A DNA stretch of 64,000 nt from Eledone cirrhosa (taxonomy: Eukaryota). Of the stretch, positions 40,740 through 51,930 are shown one piece after another. The DNA is taken from assembly GCA_964016885.1 (NCBI GenBank), contig OZ024745.1, forward strand, positions 66,092,001-66,156,000. The letters are read 5' to 3'. How positions within the stretch are numbered: position 1 is the stretch's first letter; each line of letters opens with the position of its first letter. Position numbers and translations under genes: made by a program. A model generated the notes under the pieces. That model was not told the DNA's origin. It saw only the letters and a list, made by a program, of their open reading frames with translations, and did not search any database.

Positions 40740-41205
40740 CTGTCGGCCAGCTACATTTTTCAGCCTGTGGCTTTCGAGACGTTTGGGGGAGTCAGGCCGC
40801 TGAGTGCGAGGTTCCTCTCCCCACTGGCGGCTCGCCTAATAGAGGTAACTGGCGAATCTCGTGAGGCGCTTGGCTGTTTCAGCGCTTCGAGTGTGCTGGC
40901 TTGCCTCAAAAATCATTAGAGAGGTTTCCCAGTACTTGCGACGTTGCTGTCTTTTGCTCTGGTGTTGGCTCGGTTGTTCACTCCTGCCTTTACATTTTCT
41001 TTAATATTGTAACATTAAAAGAATATATCTTTCTGAAAGAATAGCGAGCTATTTATAATGTTGTCTAAGCATTTGTAATGTTATTTATGTATATATTTAA
41101 AACATATTTGTTATTCTACTGTAAATTTATTTATATGCTCTGTTTATATTTTCATTCTGAAAGAATTGCAAACGATTTGTAATGTATTTATGAAATAAAG
41201 TTAAT
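40740..41205 (+). mobile_element. CRE-like non-LTR retrotransposon 3' remnant (RLE C-terminus plus UTR)
   Basis: 40752-40890 reads YIFQPVAFETFGGVRPLSARFLSPLAARLIEVTGESREA/WLFQR, matching the remembered CRE RLE tail F.P.A.ET.G..G....FL..L..RL...GD.R...FL.QR. Confidence 0.7.
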
Positions 41206-42847
41206 GCTTAAAATTGTATCTCAACCCATGAAGAGATAGTAGAAATTCTCACTCATTGCTAGCAAGGTTTGGAATAATCACCAGAGGCCAAGTCGATGAG
41301 GCTTAATTAGATGAGCTGGGGCACACATCTTGTTTACAAACATTTCAGCACCAACACTAGGGAGATTGACATGTATGTAATATGAGTGAAGAGTCCTTGT
41401 GATACTTTTTATTAAGGTTTCTTCGACTGGGTGCGCTTCCTAATACAAGCACTTTACAGTGTACTGAATGTGTTTTGTCGTGGCCCCAGCACTACAGAGG
41501 ATTTGGTTCATGACACAGTTGAAGAGACCTCTATACCCTATAGGAGAAGATAACTTGTCGCAAATGAGAACATGATTAGAAGGAGGTGTAGTAAGATGAT
41601 GAGTATGGTATCAAGTGTAAGTAACTATAAATTACGAAAGGTGTGTCATGAGAGTATGACAAGTGTGGAGGAATTCAAATGGTGTGAGGAGGCAAATCAT
41701 GGATTTATAACAATGGCGATGGGGTTTGACAGAATGATGTAAGAGAAGAAATTGATAAGCGTAATCTTGGATAGTGTGTGATTGGGTATAGTGTTGACGA
41801 AACCAATTACTAGATAGTGTGTTAGCCATTACTCTAAGGGGTTCCTAGCCACTGATTTCGGCTAGCGAGACAAGGCAGTCATTTTTCCGTTAGATTCAAA
41901 CTAACTTTAAAGTCTACTACTGCAAGCATCAACGCCAAACCATCACACAAGTATAATACACAATTTTGCTGTGACTCTTAGTTGTTTTTCCTGTGTTATC
42001 ACAATAACTTTAAAGCAAGTTATTATAACATTATTAATGTATCGGCATTATTATTGTTCATTCACTGCTAGCTATGTCAACCATACATCTCACCTCACTG
42101 AGAAAACGAACCAATCTAATCAACAATACAGCTACACATTTGACCAACAATCAAATTAAAATGCCACTACAGGTGTATTTGATACTGGGGTGACGATTGG
42201 ATGTACAGAGTTCTTAAGCCGTTGTAGAGTGTACTTTTCGTCTTTTTATGACAACCGTGAAGGCCAAAATCTGTTTTAACGAGAATAAATTTGTCTTGTG
42301 CACCTTTCTCTGACGAAAATACATGATTTTACGTTTTGTAAATATTTCAAGCAAAATATAATGATTATAGTGACTATTATTTCTTTTAATACGGTATGAA
42401 ACACAGTATTAAAATTAAATTATTGTTTGATTAAAAACGAAATAACTAGATACAATTACGACAAAATCCCTATTCAAATATTCCCTAAAAAACATTTTTC
42501 TTATCCTTCAAAACTGGAGGAACTACAGTATAACTGATCAAAATATAATATTAAATGAATTATTTAAAAATTAAATCATTAAACTGAAAAATGAGGAATT
42601 TAAATACAATTACTATAGAATTGCTATTCAATTAATTTTCAGGATTAAGAAAAAAACAATAAAATTTCTTATTTCGATCAATCATACATGTGGAGTATGA
42701 AAATTACGGCAAATTGCCTATTATCCTCATCCTAAATAATTGTTTCTACTTTAGGCACAAGGCCAGGTTTAATGAGATGATAATATTACTCCTATCAATT
42801 ATTATGCAAGAGAAAATCATAATTTACTGATAAGGAATGACGAATAA

Positions 42848-43038
42848 AGAATTGTTTTTACTTTTGACACAAGGCCAGCAATTATCCCAGTGCATTACTG
42901 GTACTTTATTTTATCAACCCCGTAAGGATGAAAGGTAAAGTTGACCTCGGCGGGATTTGAACTCAGACCATAAAGGGCCGTAACTCTTTGCAGCAAAGCA
43001 TGGCGTCAGACTCTCTACCGATACTGCCAATCCACCGC
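42848..43038 (-). mobile_element. SINE family A
   Basis: Full consensus match. Confidence 0.9.
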
Positions 43039-43230
43039 AAATAATTGTTTCTACTTTTGGCACAAGGGCAGAAAATTACGCAGTGCATTACTGGTACTTT
43101 ATTTTATCGACCCCGTAAGGATGAAAGGCAAAGTTAACCTCGGCGGGATTTGAACTCAGATTGTAACGGCTCGTAATTCCATGCTGCAAAGCATGGCGTC
43201 CAACCCTCTACCGATACTGCCAATCCACTG
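43039..43230 (-). mobile_element. SINE family A, tandem with the previous copy
   Basis: Full consensus match. Confidence 0.9.
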
Positions 43231-43252
43231 ATAATAATAAATATATATACTG

Positions 43253-43415
43253 ATCGGTAGAGCGTCAGACACTATGCTTTGCGGAATGGAGTTATGGCTC
43301 TTTACGTTCTGAGTTCAAATTCCCCCGAGGTTAACTTCGCCTTTTGCTGTCGATAACATAAAGCACCAGTAATGCACTGGGATAATTGCTGGCCTTGTGC
43401 TAAAAGTAGAAAAAA
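43253..43415 (+). mobile_element. SINE family A, head-to-head with the previous copy
   Basis: Consensus match with a small core deletion. Confidence 0.8.
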
Positions 43416-43668
43416 TGATGTTATGTGTTATGTCTAAAAGGATTAATAACGGCGTGAACACGGCTGAATACGAAACAAACGTAAATATTTTCAAGCAGTC
43501 TAGATGGTGAACAGTAAGCAACGTAAACATTCAGATTATGGGGGGGGAAAAACACGTAACTATTGCAATAGATCATATTTTGAACACACACACATATATA
43601 TCCACATGCCGCTTACAAAGTATCGTTGTAATATTTTATAGTTTCCGTGGATGGATTTGCTTCAGCTA

Positions 43669-43961
43669 CGAGGGTAAGCCAAACATTATCCGCACTTTCG
43701 CCATAACATATCTATAGGTTTGTGTCACTGCCTTCTGTTCATGTGGCCTCATAGATTGTACTATTGTGGTCACGTGATCGAAGTTTGAACGCAATCACGC
43801 CAGTTTTTTTGCTATTACAGTGTAGAAAAGTTGACACGATCAAGATCAAACTTCGAGATCGTGGCCACAATAGTAACAACTATACACACACGAGTAGAAG
43901 GCAGTGACAAACCTTAAGCTATGTTATGGTGAAAGTGAGGTTAATTTTTTACTTGCCCTCG
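43669..43961. mobile_element. Mariner-type palindromic MITE
   Basis: TA|CGAGGGTAAG...CTTGCCCTCG|TA; imperfect inverted symmetry over nearly the whole 293 bp. Confidence 0.85.
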
Positions 43962-44075
43962 TATAATATTCCGTTACAAATATTAATCGATACTGCAGTC
44001 CTTCATATGCCATAAATATTTAGTAAGAATCTGTTATATCTTCTAGTTTGATTTCGAAAGGAATATGTATACTTG

Positions 44076-44191
44076 TAATAATTGTTTCTACTTTTGGCAC
44101 AAGGCCAGCAATTATCCCACTGCATTACTGGTGCTTTATTTTATCGACCTCGTAAAGATGAAAGGCAAAGTTAACCTCAGTGGTATTTGAA
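44076..44191 (-). mobile_element. SINE family A, 5'-truncated, with TSD
   Basis: 14-bp TSD GTAT(A/C)CTTGTAATA at 44067-44080 and 44193-44206. Confidence 0.85.
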
Positions 44192-44269
44192 GGTATCCTT
44201 GTAATAGTGAGACTTAACATTATTAGCAGCTAATTTAATATATGCTGTAATTAGGCCATGGGTTTTACT

Positions 44270-44700
44270 GAAATGTATATACATTTTCCTTCACAAACAA
44301 TTAGAATTAAGAGGAAAATTGTTTAGAATACAATAGTTGCAAGCTTTATTCGTTTTAAAAGTATCATTCAATTTAACCAGATTACGAGCAGCAATATTTT
44401 GTGTTAAGTTAGATGTGGTGAAATTAGAATATTTTATTTTATTTCTATTATATATTCTTTCTAGATTTCTATTTTTATACTGCTATTAGATGGAATTCGT
44501 CTCTGAGTTGGTCGAGTATATACCAACTTGTCATATCACTTTCTCCAATAGTTTTGAGAAAGAGTACTAGAACAATCTTTTTTAAAACCAATCGACTCAT
44601 TGAAGAAAATATATATTTTCGAGCCTTGAATATCACTTCTATCTTGGATTCTTTAATCCAACATATTCTTCTAGCATTATCCAATATATTAAGTGTAATA
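44270..44700 (-). mobile_element. Highly decayed Penelope-like RT/linker relic
   Basis: IFKARKYIF..KK..LFLKTIGESD..YILDQL resembles PLE I.HARKSLLF..KK..LFDVTMGSYDGAE.CELVG.YIL; KACNYC...PLNSNCL resembles the Cys linker. Confidence 0.45.
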
Positions 44701-44919
44701 GAAGTATAATAATTATATATATGAAATTATAAAAATAAATGCTAGATTTATTACCTTAATTACTAAAACCAGTTTATTACTTTAATATTTACCCATAATA
44801 TTAACTTCACAAGATCCTTAACAATAGATAGTATTCTGTTTAATTTTGTTTGTCTGATGCTTCCAAAAAGGGTACTCAGTACAGTACAGTATAAGCATTT
44901 TCTATTTTATATATATATA

Positions 44920-44989
44920 GAAATGACTTCTACAAGACTTGAATTATTCCATTCGTATGAAACAGTTCTAGTCCTTTAGAAGTCATTTC
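44920..44989. mobile_element. 70-bp mini inverted-repeat element within (TA)n
   Basis: GAAATGACTTCTA...TAGAAGTCATTTC; 26-nt arms with 4 mismatches; TA runs on both sides. Confidence 0.65.
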
Positions 44990-45007
44990 TATATATATAT
45001 ATATAAG

Positions 45008-47850
45008 TATCCAGCCGGATCAGTTGGAGATGGTTGCTTCTGGCAGTTAGATTAGACTCGATGGGTTTTAGTAAATAATTAGTGTTAGATAAAAATAAGA
45101 CCGAAAAGGAACTGGTAGATAAAGTAGAAGAGGGACTTAGGAGTGGCAACGTAGCCAGCGTGCTAGCGGCGAGAACGGCCTTAGACTAGTTCTTCGACGC
45201 AAAGCATGAAGGCTGCGTTGTCAGAAGCAAAATACGTGTTCTGGGAAACGAGGGAGCGAAAGCTGTTAGCTGGGCCCGAGTGACGGAGGCGATAGTGACA
45301 ACAAGTCCACGATTCGGTCTTTGAAGGACCAAGACGGACGCGTGATACGTGAGCCGAAGCAGATGTACGCGGCCTTTCAGCGGCACTTTGCTCAACTGTT
45401 CGGGCAGGGCGGCGCGCTGGGAGTGGTTATGGATTCGGTCCATACCTCGACGGCCTACCACGACTCTCAGACAGCGAGGCGAAGTTCTGCGAAAGGCCTT
45501 TTTAGGCCGCTGAGATAGGGGACTCGCTGAGCCAATGCGGCAAACGAAAATCTCCAGGTCACGACGGTCTACCCTACGAATTTTACGTAGCAATGCCGGA
45601 CTTGTTCTCCGGTCTCCTGGAAGCGGTCTACTGCAACTGGCGGCAGAACGGTAGAATTCCCAGTTCTGTGACCAAGGGCGTAATCACGTTAGTCAGGAAG
45701 GACGAGAACAAGGGGGATGACATAGGAAACTTCGGCCCATAACTCTGCTCAACACAGAGTTACAGATTTTGGCCAAGCTGTTGGCAAAGAGGCTGGCGCT
45801 TGTCGTCGAAAACCTGGTGGGAGAAGCGCAGACATGCGCAATCCCGACCAGGTCCATACACGACAACCTCCACCTCATGCGGTACATCATAGAGAGGGTA
45901 GGGTGTAAACCCGGCTTCGGTGGGGCCCTGATCAACTTGAATCAGTCTAAGGCTTTCGATAGGGTTGACTATCGTTACCTGGATGCGGTGCTCGAGGAGG
46001 TAAGCTTCGGTCCCGTGTTCAGGGGCTGGATTGCTGCAATGCACAACAGCAACATCTGCTCAAGGGTCAAGGTGAACGGCTAACCTCGGAGCCGTTCCAT
46101 ATCACCCGATCCATCCAACAGGGATGCCCTCTCTCCTCCCTTCTCTACGTATTGACTCTCGAGCCACTACTGCAGAAGTTGGAGCGATTGCAGGGCATCC
46201 CTTTGCAACCGGGACTGCGGAAAGCGGCGTCAGCCAACACCGACGACGTAACAGTAATGGTGTCGAGCACCTCGCAAATCGGGGAGATCGGCACCTTACT
46301 GGAGGAATACGAAAGGTTCACAGGAGAGAAGCTAAACCGGGACAAATCCGTCGGTTTGCAACTCGGAATGTGGAGAGGCAAACCGATGCCTTCCGATGAC
46401 GTCGTCGGACGCTGGACGGAAGGACCGGTAAAGCTGCTCGAGGTCTGGTTTGGTCCTGACCTCCAGGTGGAGAAGAACTGGAACGAGGTGACGGCCAAGT
46501 GTTTGCGCTCACCCAGAAGTGGGCCGAGTGCAAACTATCCTTGAAAGTTCGAGCAGAGGTGGCGAACACTTTTATAGCGTCCGTCATCTACTACCGCTTG
46601 ACCGTTGTGCCTTGTCCAGCCAAAACGCTCACCAAAATGGAGTGCGCGCTCTTCCAATTCCTTTGGAAGAAACGGGCTCCTTTAGTGAGAAGATCCATCT
46701 GCTGCCAACACCCTTCAAACGGAGGGCTGGGTATGCCGTGGCTGACGATGCGCAAACACGCACTCAGGCTGCGGCACCTCCACGTATTCCCCACCAGACA
46801 ACCGGTGTGGGCCCCGTTCGTGAGGCGAGCCTTCGCACGACTCGTCTCGCTGACCGAGCTGCAGTCCTGAGTCAAGCAAAGACCGAGGAAAATGAGCGAC
46901 TGGCACATCGAATGTGCTCAGGCGCTCACAGTCCCCTGGCAAACGGACCCGGCGGTCAGTGGAGACTCCACTTCGATATTCTATAGAGGGTTGGTCCGCA
47001 GCAAGTGCGACGACACGCTCGGAGAAACTCTAGGCGTAGAGGAGAACGAACTGGCCAGTCTGTTCGGTAGGACCTTCCGCCCGGGACCAATGGACAACTT
47101 CCAAAAGTCCCTGGCCTGGCAGTGCTACTGAGGAGCTCTATCCGTTCGAGACAAGCTCTACAGAGACGGGCGCCCGGGTAGAGACCCTTCGAAAAAGATC
47201 TGTCCGAGATGCGTGCGCGACGAGGAAACCGTCGCACACGCATTTGTACACTGCCCGGGTCTTACCTACCTGTGGGCTATGTAGAACGACTATTGTCGCG
47301 GGTGGGACCAATCCAGTTGACTACCGAGTCCATTGTCATGATCAAACCGCAACGCTCCTTCAAAAACGGGGGTGAGGCGGTTTTCATATGTGTTATGGCT
47401 ATGGTGAAAGAGGTCATATGGTGGACGAGGTTAAAAGTGCTGAGGTCTGACACCTTTCTCTCCGGCGAGCAACTGATTCGTTTTTTCAAATATCATTTTG
47501 GAAGAAGAATCAGGGTGGAGAGAGAGGTGCTGTACCCCAGCAAATTTTATAAAAGGTGGGTGAATGTGGCAAAGATGGCCCGAGTGGTTGGGCCTTCTCT
47601 CTATATAAGCCTGTAGGTTGAGGAAAAATAGGAAGAGGGGAAAGGAGTACTCACTCTTGGTGCTCCTGGAGATGAAGGTTGTACATTTTTTCGGGGTGTG
47701 TACAACCCCTGTGTAACACCTCCCCCCTATTGGGGATTTCAATTGTTATTTGTTATTGTATTAATAGTATTATTTTCATATACCTGTATGTAAACTCCTC
47801 ATTTGTATTTGTCCTCTTCTTTTGTGCCCTTGTGTCTAATAAAGAAATGT
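45008..47850 (+). mobile_element. Tx1-clade LINE, 5'-truncated ORF2 pseudogene, in (TA)n
   Basis: RPITLLNTELQILAK, INLNQSKAFDRV, QGCPLS, NTDDVT, GGLGMP and CCHC knuckle CPRCVRDEETVAHAFVHCP; 3'UTR with AATAAA; visibly GC-richer than its flanks. Confidence 0.92.
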
Positions 47851-47921
47851 ATATATATATATATACTACCTTGATTAAATCTTAACCATCTAACATCTCA
47901 GGGTATGTCATGTATCATTTT

Positions 47922-47987
47922 ATTTTATCTGATGAGGACGTACTGTTGAACCTGATTCAAGTACCTCTGAAATATGTATAATAAAAT
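47922..47987 (+). ncRNA. Minimal type I hammerhead ribozyme
   Basis: Stem I ATTTTAT/ATAAAAT, CTGATGA 47929-47935, extended stem II, GAAA 47969-47972, short stem III TATGTA, UH = TA (47979-47980). Confidence 0.75.
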
Positions 47988-48021
47988 TTAATTGATCACA
48001 AGAACATCTATTTTATTAATA

Positions 48022-48026
<5 letters not shown>

Positions 48027-48076
<50 letters not shown>

Positions 48077-48098
48077 TCATCATCATCATCATCATCAC
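48027..48098. repeat. (TA)n followed by the (CAT)n RTE tail
   Basis: Direct reading. Confidence 0.95.
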
Positions 48099-51000
48099 CG
48101 TTTTACGTCCGTTCTTCCACGCTAGCATGGGTTAGACGAGTCGTCCTGTTGTGGGCAGTGTCTGGTCGGCTGACCATGCCTTGCTCATACAGGAACTGAT
48201 TTGGCTTGATTTCTACAGCTGGATGCCCTTCCTAACACCAACCTCACTTACAGTGAGTGCTGGGTGCTTTTTCGTGGCGCCTACACGTCCACTTTAGAGT
48301 GTGGGCTGGGTGCTTTTTTTCCGTGGCACCTCCACGGCCACCTTGCAGTGGGAGGGTGTGGGGGAATGTTCTCTATATGCTTCAGCTTGTACCCATGGGA
48401 GGTCGGGTACTCTGTATTACTGCGTGACGCCAGAGGTCACGGTCGTGTGTCATCGCCTTTGAGAGGTGTAATTGTGTAAGGTCGGCTTTTATCACCTCAT
48501 CCCAGGTCATCTTGGGTCTCCCCACTCCGCGGTTTCCATCGACTTCTAGTGCTCAGCACCTTTTTATGCAGCTGTCATCCTTCATACGCATCACATGTAC
48601 ATACCAACGCAACCGCCTCTCCTGCACACAGCATTTGATTCCTCTTATCCTCAGTCTCTCTCTCAATTCATTTATGCTTTGTCCATCAGAGCATGCAGGC
48701 TTCGTTTTTCTCTAATCTACGTAAGTTTTCCACCTTCAGCGCCCAGTTCTCACTACCATGTAACATTGCTGTTCGGATACACGCATCATACAGTCTGCCT
48801 TTCATTTTGAGGGAGAAGGCTTTTGCAGCTAGCAGTGGCAGTAGTTCCCTGAACTTCTTCCATCCCGTTCTTACCCTAGTTATTGTACTTTCTGAACACC
48901 CACCTCTCCGCTGCTAATTCGGTCACCTAGGTAGCAGAAGCTGTCTACTCTCTCTACAGAGCCCTCCAAGAGATTGGTGGTACTTGTTTTCTGCGGCTGT
49001 TTGCTGCTTGCTGTCCCAGTACAGCTGCTGCATCTGAAGACTACATTCTTAATTAAGCTTCCTGAGATCCCGCTACATCTCTTGTGTACCCATTGTTTGC
49101 ATTTGGGGCAGAGAATGGAGTTCCTACCTACACCTTTCCTACATACTGAGCAAGGCTATTTCCTTGAGGGATCTGGGTTCTGTTTTCTCGTCTACTTACA
49201 AGGACCTTAGTCTTTGTCATGTTGACTTTGAGACCCTTTCTTTCTAGTCCCTGCTTCCAAGTTTGGAATTTCTTCTCTAGTTCTACCATAGATTCAGCTA
49301 TAAGTGCGAGGTCATCAGCATACAGGAGTTCCCATGGGCATCCGGTCTTCAACTCCTCCGTTATTGCCTGCAGGTCTATGATGAACAGGAGAGGGCTAAG
49401 AACAGAGCCCTGGTGGACACCAACCTGTACGCTAAATTCCTCGCTATACTCATTGCTAATCCTAACTTTGTTGACTGCTCCCCTATACATGGCTTGTACA
49501 GCTTTCACAAGCCATTCATCTACTCCTAGTTTTCTAAGAGCCCACCAAATTAGAGCACGTGGAACTCTGTCAAAGACTTTCTCGAGATCGACGAATGCCA
49601 GGTAGAGTGGCTTACTTTTAGCTAGGTACTTTTCCTGTAACTGCCTCACAAGGAAGAGCGCATCAGTGGTACCTCTTCCTGGTACAAACCCAAATTGCAT
49701 CTCATCTCGTTTCACCCGGTCCCTAATCAACTGTGCTATAACTCTTTCTGTTACTTTCATGACCTGGTCCATCAGCTTTATCCCTCTATAGTTTCCTCTA
49801 TCGAGTGCATTACCTTTACCTTTGTAGCAGTTGACAATGATGCTACTGCACCAATCTTTTGGTATGACACCTTCTAGTATTACCTAGTTAACAATACGTG
49901 TGGTTATAGTGTGACCTACAGACCCAGATGCCTTCAGCATCTCGGCAGCTATATCCGATGGACCGGTTGCCTTCCCCATCTTCATATCTTTGATTGCCCT
50001 ACTTACTACGCTGCTGCTGACTTGTACTGCTGGCCCCTCTATAGGGTCTACTTGGGGTAGGGTCTCTTCTTCCCATGCGTTCTCCTCATTTAGTAATCTA
50101 TCATAATGACTCTTCCAAGCATCTTTCTTCTCAGCACTTGTGAGGGCAAGCTAACCTTTATCATTCCGGATACACTTCTCGCCAATGACATCTCAATTCT
50201 CTCTGACACACTGCCTCGCAATCTTGAACACCTCCTGTTTCTGGTCCTCACGTTGCAAAACATGCTTGAATTTTCTATCCTCTGCTTCCCTCCTAGCTAA
50301 GTATAGTTATCGCCTAGCTTCCCTCTTGGTCTCTATGTAATGTACCCTGCTCCCCCCATTCTTCCATTCTTTCCATTCCTGTCTCTTGGCCTTAACTGCC
50401 TCATCTACCTTATTGTTCCACCACCAAGTCACTCTCATCCTGTTTGTGGTCTTGCTCCAGCCACAGACCTCATCCGTCACCTCTAGTAAGTTATTTTTCA
50501 GGAACTCCCAGTGCTCTTCTACATTGAATGTCTCTATCTGTTCTTCTCTACTGTCGTAGGCGTTGAGTAAAATATCTTTAAATCTGTTACTGGCTGAGGG
50601 GTCTTTCAGCTTCCAGATCTTTCTTCTCCAGGTTGGCCTCTGTTTCCAGGTTCGTCTAGTTCTGACCGTGAGGTCGCTGACAACTAAGCTTTGTTGGGAG
50701 GTACATTCCTCACTAGGGAAAGCTTTTGTGTTTACGACCGTCCATCTGTCACGTCCTCTGATGAGGATAAAATCTATCTGACTAGAATGCTCCCCTGATC
50801 TATAGGTGATCAGGTGGTTGTCGTGTTTTTTAAAGTTTGTGTTACATATCGACATGTCATTGGCGTCGCAGAATTCTAGAAGTCTGAATCCTTCTTCATT
50901 TCTTGTGCCAACCCCATGGCCTCCATGGACTCTATTGAAGCCGTCACAGTGTTTACCTACGTGTCCGTTAAAATCTCCTGCGATGATTAGGAAGTGATTG

Positions 51001-51305
51001 TCGTTTGTTAGAGCAGTAGTGTGCATTAGGGACTCGTAAAATCTATCCTTAAGTTCGTCTGGCAACGCCGATTGGGGTGCGTAAGCTGATATTATTGTGG
51101 TAATTGTTTTATTCAGGACTAGTCTGAGTTTAATGATTCTTGCATTTACCCTGTACACTGAGATTACTTTATCTACACACTTGTCAGCCAGTAGTATACC
51201 TACACCACCCATCCCATCGTCATTTCCCACCCAGAAAAAAATTGTAGCACTGACTTTTTCCTACAAGGACTCTAGCAGACTCTCCTCTCCATCTAGTCTG
51301 TTGCA
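48074..51305 (-). mobile_element. RTE LINE (family A), EN+RT, relatively young
   Basis: APE ORF 50307-51230 (SAYAPQ, GDFNGHVG, SQIDFIL); RT ORF 49128-49772 (AFVDLEK, HQGSVLSP, LLYADDL); long 3'UTR and (ATG)n tail. Confidence 0.95.
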
Positions 51306-51325
51306 CACAGCATACATCATATATA

Positions 51326-51383
51326 TCAATGATATTAATAAATGGAAACTATTAATATAGTTTCCATTTATTGATATCATTGA
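51326..51383. repeat. 58-bp palindrome
   Basis: 27-nt arms TCAATGATAT(T/C)AATAAATGGAAACTAT with 1 mismatch and a 4-nt loop. Confidence 0.9.
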
Positions 51384-51738
51384 CATTATACTCCAGGAAA
51401 CTTGTTGAGTGCTTCGAATCTGTTATAAATAAATTTGTTGAATTACCAATAAATTAAATATCTCTTTTCTTATATATATATATATAAATGCTTATTGGTT
51501 TAAATCATCATAATATGATCATACTGGGGCACAGCTTTGATGAAATATTCATCAGTTATATCAACTCGGCATCTATTTGTGAAATACCGTAATTTTTATC
51601 AAACTTGTTTTGTAGAACTGCAAAGGTATTGGTCAGACATGGACACACTCAATTTTTATACACTCATATAGTAAGCTATAATTGAATAAATGCATACATA
51701 TACAAACATGTACACAACAATCATTATTTTACTTCCTC

Positions 51739-51930
51739 GGGCAGTGGATTGGCAGTATCGGTAGAGGGTCGGACGCCATGCTTTCCAGCATAGTTACGTC
51801 CCTTTACGATCTGAGTTCAAATCCCGCCGAGGTTGACTTTGCCTTTCATCCTTACGGGGGTCGATAAAATAAAGTACCAGTAATGCACTGGGTAATTGCT
51901 GGCCTTGTGCCTAAAGTTGAAACAATTATT
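51739..51930 (+). mobile_element. SINE family A, full length with TSD
   Basis: 15-bp TSD ATTATTTTACTTCCT at 51723-51737 and 51925-51939. Confidence 0.92.
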
